A stretch of DNA of 64,000 bases, from NCBI GenBank assembly GCA_045648025.1, contig JAZRNH010000045.1, positions 6,682 to 70,681 of the forward strand, written 5' to 3'. The notes under the pieces are model-generated. The model saw only the letters and a program-made list of their open reading frames with translations. It did not search any database and was not told the origin of the DNA. The position numbers and the translations under genes are program-made. Source of the stretch: Clostridia bacterium (lineage in GTDB: Bacteria; Bacillota; Clostridia; Christensenellales; UBA1242). Positions 46,701 through 55,520 of this stretch are shown in pieces (position 1 is the stretch's first letter; each line of letters begins with the position of its first letter).

Positions 46701-49700
46701 TTTAAAAGATATAATGTATAAATTTGGTTCATCAACCAGAGGAAACGAACAATATTTAAGTTTAGAAAATGTCAAGGCATTGAAAGATGCAAATGGAGAT
46801 TCTTTAAACTATAGAGATGTTGATGACTTTTTGGAATTAAATTTCTTAGATTATGTTGCAAAAGCAAAAGGTATGCATTCTAATGAAATTATTTCTAACC
46901 AAGATGGAATTATTAACAACTTGTATAATGATTTGATTGAGTATGTTTACTCAACAGATAAAATCATGGAAGAGATTGTTAGACAAAAAGCATTCCATAT
47001 TGGTGCAAATGAATATGATTTATACAGCAGTGTATTATCATATACATATTCAAATCCATCTGTTAAGATTGATGATTTATCAACTTGGACATTGATGGAT
47101 GCATTAATTTATATTGCAACTGGAACTGTTAGCTTAACATATACAGCACCAGTTTATAGACATTTAAACAAAAATTACTTTATCGTTGGAAATTATGCTG
47201 TTGATATAACAACATCAACCAGTCCATTTAAGGGAACACTTTCAAGTGCAAACAAGATTACATCAAGAAATTCAACATTTGATGGTTCTGGACCACTTGC
47301 TGATTATGTTACAGCAAACTGTGCAGATTATATCTTTGATGAAGCTTACTTTACAGGCAAAAAGGTAAAGAAATATTCTAATGCTAGTTTCACATATAAA
47401 AATGAAGATACAGCATATACAACATTTGATGCAATATATGAATATTTAATGGGAACAGCAATTGCATTAGATGGAACTGTTTCATTAGATGCTTTCATTG
47501 AAGGGGAAAATGTTTATTTAAAAACAACAAAATCTGGTGTAAATAAATACATCTTAGTAAGCGAAGCATACAACGATTATATTTCTGTTGAAAAATCAGG
47601 AAAATTTACACTTTCAAGCACAGCAAAAATTGCAACAAAAGAACCAACTTCTTATGTTGCATTTGATAATGATCTTGATACAACAACATTTAATGCTGAC
47701 AATTTACATATTAAACCATTAGATGCTCTTATTTATTTTGATACTGGGGTAATCGAAAAGAAATCACTTAATGTTTATAAATATGTAAACAAAGACGGCA
47801 ATGAAAAGAAATATGTATATTCTGGAAAAGGATATATTGAAATTAAAGATAACAATGAAGTTAATATTATTAATTCAAGCTTAGACAACTTAACAAACTC
47901 TGACCATGAGTTATTAACTTTATTATATTCAACATATTATCAACAATATTATAAAACTGCTGTTGACAATATTCTTTCAGATGCAGTTGTTAAAAATGCT
48001 ACATTTGAATATGTTAGACCTGTTGACGGTGGTGGTATTCCAAAAGATGTAACAATCACAAGAGTTTCACCATTTGCATTAATCTTCTCAAAATTAGGTC
48101 TTATTGACTTAACATTGTCAAGAGATACCGTTACAGGAAAAATTGTTAGAACAGCAAGAAAAACTTACTTCTATTATGAAGGAACAACTGCAACTAGCAA
48201 TGAAGTAACAAAGATTTATGTTGATGTTACTGATATTGGAACTGTTGGTTATAAACCAGGTGATGAAACAAACTTATTCTTGTTTGACAACAATTCATCT
48301 GTTTATGAAATGGTTTTAAGATATATGCTTATGAGTAATTCAGATGGCGGTACTGGTTATTTGAATCAAAACACTTATGCTACAGCATATAAGACATTTG
48401 ATGCAGAACTTGAACCATATTTTGAAGATAACTATTTGGCTGCAGATGCAGTAAATACAACACTTTCAAATACATCTGGTTTCACACTTACAGCTGCAAC
48501 ATCTTGGACTAATTTCAACACACTTTATTACTATTTAACAAATTCATCTAATATCTCAACAATGCAAAACATATATACAGATAAAGATGGATATATGTAT
48601 GTAAAAATTCAAAAGAATAGTGATGTAACTTATGTTAAAGTTGGTAAAGATGGAAGTTATTATACAAACACATTGTTTGATCATTATACTTTTGCATCAG
48701 CAGCTTATCAACTTGAAGATGCATCAACTGGAAATTATAGTCCACTTGGAATTATTGCTTATAAACAAACTGCAATAAAAAATGGAACTATTCAACTTAT
48801 TACTTATGCAGAAAACTTCTGTCCAACTTGTGTTAGAGAATTGTCATCTGGTCAAGTAAATGCAGATAAAGAATGTACTACTTGTCATACAAAGGTTATT
48901 CCAACACAATTCCATTTTATTAAAAATAACTATTATGATGAATTTATTTGTGTTTATAACTTAGACAATGCTTCACTTAGAAATGCAACATCTTATGATA
49001 ATTATTATTACAATTTTAGAGGCGACACAGATGCAAATGGAAATTCAATTGTAAAGGACTGGACAATTTTTGATTATTTGATTGCTTATATCAATGCATA
49101 TAGCAAAGAATATAAGGTTTCTCAAAATATTCAAATTTATGGTTCAAATGCATACATTTCTGTTGATGGTTCTGATAATGGCAAATTTATCAACTTGTCA
49201 AAACTTGGCATTTTGTCAGAAGATGATGTTAATGATATTTATGATTCTGTTGGATATGATAAACTTGCATCAAGGCCATCAGGATATAGTGGCTCATATA
49301 ATTCATCTGCAGTTGAGGCTTTATATAATGAAAAATATGCAAGTTTGGTAAAAACATCAACACAATTAGATCTTGCAAATATTAATGTTTATAATCCAAA
49401 AGCTAGTGAAACAACAATCAAATATATTAAATCAGAAGAAGTTACCGCATTTGATATTATTTATTCAAAACTTAAAGGGGTAGGTTTTGCGGCAAATAAT
49501 AGTGAAATTGAAGTATCAACATTTGTTGATATTACCAGCGGAACAAAATATATTTTAATTGAAAAAGATACAACAGATTATTATGTTGCTGTTGGTGAAG
49601 ATCTTTACTTTGGTTCAGCTAATCCTGATATGATTGAACTTGAAGTTAATTTAAACCCAGTGTTTGATTATGTTTCAACAGGTGCTTATGATGTTTTTGA

Positions 49701-52700
49701 TGATGATAGAAAAGCATCTAGTCCTGTTCCAGGAATTGGTGATATTGACAAAGTAAGTTTCTCATCATATTTCCAAATTAATGATTATTCAACTTGGATG
49801 CTTTCAGATTTTGTAATTTATTACATATTTAATGAAAGTCCAGAACAATTTAATATTGATGGAAATCTTGATTCAACAAAGAACTTCCAAGAACTTGTTA
49901 ATAAGGGATATTCTCCAGCTAAAAATTATAAATACTTCATTGAAGATGAATTTGGAAATTCAATCTTAAAAGATGTTATTTGGATTGGTATTGGAGAAAA
50001 AGATGATGGTATTGCTGTTGACAGAACATTATTCACAAAATATTATGCTCAACAACTTGCTAACATTCAATTCTTAGATAAAACCTCTGTTGATTATAAA
50101 ACTTATAATTATGATAAGGGTATTGAACTTTCAATGGATTTTGGTGCAAATCAAAAGTTTACAACACAATCTATCAAGCAGTTCTATACCACAAAGAATA
50201 CTGTTTTAAATGCAAATCAATTCACTTATGACAGTTATTATTATTATGATTTAGACAGTGGAAAGCTCACACAAACAGACAATAACCTTCTTAGTGTTAA
50301 TGCAAACTTGATGAGTAATATTGCAGATGGAAAGGCAACTGTTTCAGATGCTCTTAACATTGCACTTTCAGACGGCTTTATTATTAGTGAGCCATCAACA
50401 TGGACATGGCTTGACTATATTATTGTTTATGAATTTTCAAGAACAAATATAAGACATAACTATTTTGAAGGTATGGCTTTTGAAAATCTTAGAACAAAGA
50501 GTTATGTTCCTGTGTTTATTGATGGTTCTGAAATTGTTATTGAGCTTAACGGAAGATATTATGATTTATCCGTAATTAAGCATGACACAGCCGCAACAGA
50601 CAAACTTACTCAAATTAGAAATAGTTATAAACTTATGAACGACACAACTGTTAGCGATGCCGTTACATTAAAGGCAGATGGTGATAATGGATTTGATTTC
50701 AAGACATTATATCAACAATTTGAGTATAATGTTCAAAAGAGTGAATATTCATTAGATTATTCAAAAACACCAAACAGCATTTTATATGAATATGCTGATC
50801 CAACTGATCCTTATGCAGATCAAATTATGTATTATATGACACTTAACACAGATATCATTGATACATATAAGGTTAACATTGCATCTCTTAACACAAATGG
50901 TTTCTATGCATTCACCAACATTGTTAGAGAAGTTAGTTGGCCACAAAAATTAATGAATGACCTTCAAGTGTTATATCCAGATTTGAACTGGGCAACACTT
51001 ATTGCTACTGATGGTTGGCTTGATACTCTTGGAGAATTTACATCAGCACAAGCTTCTGGGGAATATGTTTCTGAGGGCAACTCAGCAAACATTACAGCTG
51101 CTGGTTTGGTTCTTTCAGAATTCTTTGTATCAGTTGCCAAAGAAATGGATCCATTTGCATCAGTTCATAGCTATGAATATCAACCAATATTTAGTGAATC
51201 AACAATCAAGGCATTAATGCTTGCTATGCTTGGTGAAGAACAATATTATGATTTATCAACACAAGCTTCAGTATTTATTGAAATGTTTAACAATATGTTC
51301 TTGCCAGTGCTTGAAGATATTGCAAAAGAGAGAGGAATTTCAATTGTTGATGGAAAAGTTGATAACTTCTATATCAGTGTTTATAAAGCATATCTTGCAA
51401 CTGTTCTTTTAGGTTCAGATATTGGCGAATATTTCTATAAGATTGCAACAAGAGTTTATGCTCAATATACAATCTTTGATTCACTTGCAGCTGCAAGTGG
51501 TGACTATGCTGCTTATATGGATTATATTAATTCATTAAGCAATCAAAATGGTGAAAAAGTAACATCGTTTATGTATTCATCATTCCACGAACTTGCTATT
51601 TATGAAAACAGCTTCTCTGGAAACAAAAACCCAACATTTACATATAACTTTGAATCTTCACTTGCATATTTCTATGGCAAAAACTTCACATACGGAAAAT
51701 TGGCAGGGGAAGGCTATGATTTATCGGGTGTTCAAGATAAGACAAGCAATGATGCTATTGTTACTGCAAGAGATGTCAAAACAATTATGAAAAAGGCATC
51801 AAACTTTAACAACCTCAACAAACGTATTGATGACACTTATAGAGATATTTATAGCAAGGGTGGAAGAGTTAGTGATACTAATGTAAGTGGTATTTATTGC
51901 TTTATGTTTGATGTTTATTGGTCAATTCATCAAGTTGTTCAAGGCAAAAATCAAAACGATCCAGTTTACTTAGAGTATTATCGTGAATATATTATGGGTG
52001 AAGTAAAGAGATGGCAAACCGTTGCTAACGAAACAATTGACGGAACATCATCTTATATTCCAGATAACTCAAAATATAAATTAGCACTTAATATCAACAA
52101 AATCTTTGCTATGACATCTGTTGTTGGTCTTTACCTTCCAGATGGAAAGAGTATTGATGTTGAAGAAGAAGGCAGTTTATTTGATAAAATTAATTCAGCA
52201 TTAGATAGTGCTTCAATTACAAATGTAGGTGTTATTACTGACACATTTAATAACACAACAGCTTATACAGAATTCAAGAGAGCTTATAACAATGTATTTG
52301 GTCAAGGCCAAATTATGAACATCTCTGACATTATGGATGCTTCAAATGAAGGTAATACCGACAAATGGCATCAATTAGTTCAAATGAGAGATGATCTTGG
52401 AATCTTGGTTGAAGAATTAAACCAAGTTGCAAGTATGTCTGGTGAAGGCTATGTTAAAGGTGACTCAACAAGAGGTTACCGTGCACCAAGATATGACAAA
52501 GAAAGATATACTGATGCTTATAATGATTTGCAATCTTTGTATGGTTATATTGATACATACATTTCAAACCAAATTATTTTGGATAAGATCACAAAATCAA
52601 GTATCACATTTACTCTTGCTCAATTTGGTAAAAACTATGTAACTGATGGTTATACATTCTCATTCGAAAATAAGTCTTACACAATGAAGGCAACAGCTTC

Positions 52701-55494
52701 TGCTGAAAGACTTGCTGAATATGTTTATGGTGGTGCATTCCTTGTTAAATATGGTGTATCTCCAAAATATACAAATGACAAGTATCACGGATTTGTTGAA
52801 AGTTATAAGGTTTATGATTCAAATTCTGGTTCAACAAAAACTAGACTTAAAGTTTGGACAGAACTTAGAACATTTGTTTCTGAACTTGCAAACTATACAG
52901 CAAAATTATATTACTTAAGTAATATGAATGACCTTTCTAAAAATATTAGTGATGGCATTTTATTAACAGATACCATTTATCAAGGAAACTCTGATGATGG
53001 CGGCACACTTGTTTCAAAAACATTAGAGCAAATGATTATTGAATATTTGCTCACTAGTGAAATTGAAGCAGATACATTCTTGAGATTATCATTTGGTGAC
53101 ACTGTTGCAACACTTGATGCATTAAGTTGTCCAAATGATGAATTTAAAGCACTTGCATATTATCTTGAAGGTAATTATGCTGGTGATGACGGTGTTGTTG
53201 AAAAAACTGGATATGGTGACTACATTATTGATATTGGCGAAGGTGATGCAGCTGTTAGATTTACACTTACAGGTGCAAATAAAAAGGCATACATCAAAAA
53301 CTATTGGGATTATGTTGGAAGTTCAGCATATAACTCAAATGGTTATTATAATGATGGTTCAAACAATGGTGTTGATAGATTACACCTTATCTTCAAAAAG
53401 ATAATTTCATATTTGATTGTTACTGAAGAGGCAGAAGAATCAACTTCTGAAAAAGCAATTAATCTTGATAATATCACATTTAAAGAATTTAGAAAGATTT
53501 TAATGCAAGCTCTTAGTGATTATCAAAAGAACCCAACAGAAAATGATATTCAAAATTCAAACAGATATATCACATTATTCAACTTAATTAGTTCACAATT
53601 TGCTTACACATATAGTTATACAAATGATGATGGTGAAACTATTCATGTTCAAGCTGGAACAACTGTTAACCCATTATTTGTTTCAAAAGTGAATCCAGAT
53701 ACAGGATCAGCTATTGATAAAAACATTTCTGCAAAAACTGCTGGAAGAGTAAATTATGTTTATGAAAATCCATCAGGTATTAAAGAAATAAGACCTCTTT
53801 ATGGTGAATTTTCTATTGATATTCCAACAAGAGATATCATTTTAACATTAGCTGGAATTGAAAACCGTCCAATTGAAGAACTTGTTGGTCTTGAATATGA
53901 AAGCCTTTATGATAAAGGTGGAAACTATGACGAAGAAGATGGTGATACATTCATTATTTGTTCATATGACGAAAGTGAAGGAAAGTATTATCCAGTTCTT
54001 GGAAGAAATACCGGTTGGAGTGTTTCTGATAAAGGTTTTGATTATATCGACAACATCGGCATTGATATTAAAACATCTTATTATGCACCAGATGGACATT
54101 ATCCAATCATTGCAAAAGGTGTAATCGATGCTTCGGGTTATCCAACCGCAATCAAACAGGTTGACGGAAAGATTTTATTCTATAGAACAAATATCACAAC
54201 TGCACAAGATGTCGGCGAAAGTGCTTTGGGTCAAACAAGAAGCGGTGGTGAAGTTACAACCATTGGATATACAAAATATACCACTGGTTTCTGGTCTGCT
54301 ATCGGAAACAGTGATAAAGTTGCTATGTTCACTGGAAACTCTTCAATTGACTCAATGGCAAATTCTGATTTCCAAGTTAATTTCATTCAAACGACACAGC
54401 AATATTCAATCACAAATGCTGAAGATTTTGAATCAATTGCAGTTCTTGAAGAATTTTCTGCATTCTATACACTTGAATCAAGACAATTGTTCTTATTCTT
54501 GCTTGGTTTCTCAGTGTTACTTCCAATGCTCTTTAGTGCATCTGCAACGGTTCTTAGAAGAATTCTAGATCTGATATTCTTGGTGTTGATGGGTCCAATG
54601 GCGATAGCTTCGCTTTCACTTGGAGCTGATCAAAATCCAGATGGAAAGAGTAAGATTTTTGATACCTGGAAAACCTATATGACTCAGACACTGCTTCATG
54701 TGTTTGGTTATATCATTGCATTTAATGTATATTCAATTTTGATGTCAACAATTCTCAAGATGGATCTTGTTGGTCAAAGCACAATGGATGCAATTTATAG
54801 AATCGGTGGCTTATCACAATTTGTTACTGAAAATAGTATTAATGCACTTTTAAGATATGTTTACATTATTGCTGCGGCTGCTGCAATTAAAACATCAGCC
54901 GACCTTCTTGTTAACATTGTTACTGCTGGAAAAGTTACCAATGCATTCCAAACACCAATGGGCGGAGATGTTATGGCTGACATTAAGAAAATGGCAGAAC
55001 AACTCAAAGATGCATTTGATGCGGTTAAAGGTATTGCTAGTGGACAGGCTGCAACAATGCTTAAAGACTTTGCTATGGAAACGGCTATGAAAGCGATTCC
55101 TGGTGGAGCACTTATTGGCAAAGCGGTCAATGCTGGTCAAAACCTGATTTCACAACAAAAAGGTAAAGCCTTAGAAAAATCGGCAATTTCAAACGGAGTT
55201 TCACCAGAAGTTGCTAAGAGTATGTCAAAACAATTTGTTGACAACGAAATGAAACAAAGACAAGCCAAGAGAGAGCAACGAGCTGCAAATGCTAACCAAT
55301 TCTCTAAGACATTTGGAGGCGATGCAATGTTTAAGGCACAAGAAAACGGTGCACTTACAAAGCGACAACAAGCCGCAAAGAAAGAGGATGCAGCAGCAAA
55401 GAAAAAAGCTGGAAAAGCAGGAAAAGCTGCAAAAGGAAGCAAGGGCAGTAAAGGTGGCTCATCAAAGGGCGGAAAGAAAAAAGGTAAAAAATAA
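43789..55494 (+). CDS. giant (3901 aa) polytopic membrane protein, paralogue of the 4301-aa protein. Has a ~3350-aa Tyr/Asn/Asp/Thr-rich modular ectodomain and a short Lys/Gly-rich tail.
   Basis: Uninterrupted 11,706-nt ORF starting 25 nt after the virB4 stop, with an AGGAGA RBS. The N-terminal 3-helix module and the C-proximal TM module (aa ~3565-3720) align by eye with the other two proteins. Confidence 0.6.
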   Translation: MVRLFTFLISIFEFEQGSSFLSIPLWIKFIGRGIANLFSQIMNFILKMAWVIIKFMLGVMEAFEYMINSFIGIDTSVQDMYDFVYNSENGIKLLDVLSTSLKAMMALSIVFLVIFTIFAMIKQEYNNAFSGGKKGNDKKPIITGMFKKMLYIVLLPITMMFIITGVNSILTSFSRAMTGGEDVTIAAQVLSTSTYDSNKYRYYAQENKRIPIIIKAYDPNQYAPDENELLAEKIKSVAVQDVLKTTVSSMSSKNLLTFNESVQYKNNKLSNSVEYGQGEWYETFICTAEQYQIMADFIDYAQKHNLKYYIKPTDSEDIDWRYVDSAVFNASDISLKINYRDANDMNGDGKKTDSYTVEFSTSFEVTSPISNAMETILALLGVDSKNEKYSENIFKTMERDENYVNVVNWANEKVLIKLSNDFDLDDPSNWTRMDQLIIYEYYHFSSNNTFGKYSIADLVKGVELEASLLVYREYYPVGNAYSEERTIPCVKINGSYYRIWQDPEDQKTDKYGNIYYELEDSLTEEDTLNFLNNDYSLIQEVGTETGKLKLSGNFEANDPTTWEYYDQIIVYEFYKDLTSNNKLYSYNFNQFKEGIEVPVYQITKRKFSDKTVADRVDDETGYYLEINGIYYEATKKTTGSSSDPDYGKWFLSDATIDYLIEANPFSDTYYYNYEINLDGVTDGEGEFNDIYGDKYGISTSLESTKKATNFIVDRDTTTRYVDFTPLDESDTNFLKYSNFSLMLSKNFDHNEVDTWTFKDYFIFYLYINYNQIAGRLGLESLKLTGVSGEIGTIELEGTSATKYVYKVKYGSHILTTADIYCEHCGRFYTEAQLVDSKCPTCDIRIDDQAGRTLDLCLYLDIDGIRKISNMLINNTLDSTYIKQHNYTDKGIGNTLFIDVDSNDLVVADTEVREFKLSEGFSQLYPNNWTVLDYILYSFSNEGVINQIPKDEAGIESYKYSAVVYKIFDGEVLKDIMYKFGSSTRGNEQYLSLENVKALKDANGDSLNYRDVDDFLELNFLDYVAKAKGMHSNEIISNQDGIINNLYNDLIEYVYSTDKIMEEIVRQKAFHIGANEYDLYSSVLSYTYSNPSVKIDDLSTWTLMDALIYIATGTVSLTYTAPVYRHLNKNYFIVGNYAVDITTSTSPFKGTLSSANKITSRNSTFDGSGPLADYVTANCADYIFDEAYFTGKKVKKYSNASFTYKNEDTAYTTFDAIYEYLMGTAIALDGTVSLDAFIEGENVYLKTTKSGVNKYILVSEAYNDYISVEKSGKFTLSSTAKIATKEPTSYVAFDNDLDTTTFNADNLHIKPLDALIYFDTGVIEKKSLNVYKYVNKDGNEKKYVYSGKGYIEIKDNNEVNIINSSLDNLTNSDHELLTLLYSTYYQQYYKTAVDNILSDAVVKNATFEYVRPVDGGGIPKDVTITRVSPFALIFSKLGLIDLTLSRDTVTGKIVRTARKTYFYYEGTTATSNEVTKIYVDVTDIGTVGYKPGDETNLFLFDNNSSVYEMVLRYMLMSNSDGGTGYLNQNTYATAYKTFDAELEPYFEDNYLAADAVNTTLSNTSGFTLTAATSWTNFNTLYYYLTNSSNISTMQNIYTDKDGYMYVKIQKNSDVTYVKVGKDGSYYTNTLFDHYTFASAAYQLEDASTGNYSPLGIIAYKQTAIKNGTIQLITYAENFCPTCVRELSSGQVNADKECTTCHTKVIPTQFHFIKNNYYDEFICVYNLDNASLRNATSYDNYYYNFRGDTDANGNSIVKDWTIFDYLIAYINAYSKEYKVSQNIQIYGSNAYISVDGSDNGKFINLSKLGILSEDDVNDIYDSVGYDKLASRPSGYSGSYNSSAVEALYNEKYASLVKTSTQLDLANINVYNPKASETTIKYIKSEEVTAFDIIYSKLKGVGFAANNSEIEVSTFVDITSGTKYILIEKDTTDYYVAVGEDLYFGSANPDMIELEVNLNPVFDYVSTGAYDVFDDDRKASSPVPGIGDIDKVSFSSYFQINDYSTWMLSDFVIYYIFNESPEQFNIDGNLDSTKNFQELVNKGYSPAKNYKYFIEDEFGNSILKDVIWIGIGEKDDGIAVDRTLFTKYYAQQLANIQFLDKTSVDYKTYNYDKGIELSMDFGANQKFTTQSIKQFYTTKNTVLNANQFTYDSYYYYDLDSGKLTQTDNNLLSVNANLMSNIADGKATVSDALNIALSDGFIISEPSTWTWLDYIIVYEFSRTNIRHNYFEGMAFENLRTKSYVPVFIDGSEIVIELNGRYYDLSVIKHDTAATDKLTQIRNSYKLMNDTTVSDAVTLKADGDNGFDFKTLYQQFEYNVQKSEYSLDYSKTPNSILYEYADPTDPYADQIMYYMTLNTDIIDTYKVNIASLNTNGFYAFTNIVREVSWPQKLMNDLQVLYPDLNWATLIATDGWLDTLGEFTSAQASGEYVSEGNSANITAAGLVLSEFFVSVAKEMDPFASVHSYEYQPIFSESTIKALMLAMLGEEQYYDLSTQASVFIEMFNNMFLPVLEDIAKERGISIVDGKVDNFYISVYKAYLATVLLGSDIGEYFYKIATRVYAQYTIFDSLAAASGDYAAYMDYINSLSNQNGEKVTSFMYSSFHELAIYENSFSGNKNPTFTYNFESSLAYFYGKNFTYGKLAGEGYDLSGVQDKTSNDAIVTARDVKTIMKKASNFNNLNKRIDDTYRDIYSKGGRVSDTNVSGIYCFMFDVYWSIHQVVQGKNQNDPVYLEYYREYIMGEVKRWQTVANETIDGTSSYIPDNSKYKLALNINKIFAMTSVVGLYLPDGKSIDVEEEGSLFDKINSALDSASITNVGVITDTFNNTTAYTEFKRAYNNVFGQGQIMNISDIMDASNEGNTDKWHQLVQMRDDLGILVEELNQVASMSGEGYVKGDSTRGYRAPRYDKERYTDAYNDLQSLYGYIDTYISNQIILDKITKSSITFTLAQFGKNYVTDGYTFSFENKSYTMKATASAERLAEYVYGGAFLVKYGVSPKYTNDKYHGFVESYKVYDSNSGSTKTRLKVWTELRTFVSELANYTAKLYYLSNMNDLSKNISDGILLTDTIYQGNSDDGGTLVSKTLEQMIIEYLLTSEIEADTFLRLSFGDTVATLDALSCPNDEFKALAYYLEGNYAGDDGVVEKTGYGDYIIDIGEGDAAVRFTLTGANKKAYIKNYWDYVGSSAYNSNGYYNDGSNNGVDRLHLIFKKIISYLIVTEEAEESTSEKAINLDNITFKEFRKILMQALSDYQKNPTENDIQNSNRYITLFNLISSQFAYTYSYTNDDGETIHVQAGTTVNPLFVSKVNPDTGSAIDKNISAKTAGRVNYVYENPSGIKEIRPLYGEFSIDIPTRDIILTLAGIENRPIEELVGLEYESLYDKGGNYDEEDGDTFIICSYDESEGKYYPVLGRNTGWSVSDKGFDYIDNIGIDIKTSYYAPDGHYPIIAKGVIDASGYPTAIKQVDGKILFYRTNITTAQDVGESALGQTRSGGEVTTIGYTKYTTGFWSAIGNSDKVAMFTGNSSIDSMANSDFQVNFIQTTQQYSITNAEDFESIAVLEEFSAFYTLESRQLFLFLLGFSVLLPMLFSASATVLRRILDLIFLVLMGPMAIASLSLGADQNPDGKSKIFDTWKTYMTQTLLHVFGYIIAFNVYSILMSTILKMDLVGQSTMDAIYRIGGLSQFVTENSINALLRYVYIIAAAAAIKTSADLLVNIVTAGKVTNAFQTPMGGDVMADIKKMAEQLKDAFDAVKGIASGQAATMLKDFAMETAMKAIPGGALIGKAVNAGQNLISQQKGKALEKSAISNGVSPEVAKSMSKQFVDNEMKQRQAKREQRAANANQFSKTFGGDAMFKAQENGALTKRQQAAKKEDAAAKKKAGKAGKAAKGSKGSKGGSSKGGKKKGKK
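45061..50439 (+). repeat. ten or more divergent copies of a protein-level module marked by [LS]S..F...[DE]P[ST].W[TE]..D..I.Y.[FY]
   Basis: Motif copies at 45061, 45457, 46036, 46558, 47071, 47701, 48499, 49051, 49780 and 50386. Examples: DDPSNWTRMDQLIIYEYY, NDPTTWEYYDQIIVYEFY, SEPSTWTWLDYIIVYEFS. Spacing is 132-266 aa. Confidence 0.75.
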
Positions 55495-55520
55495 AACTTA
55501 ACGAACAGGAGAGAAAATAG

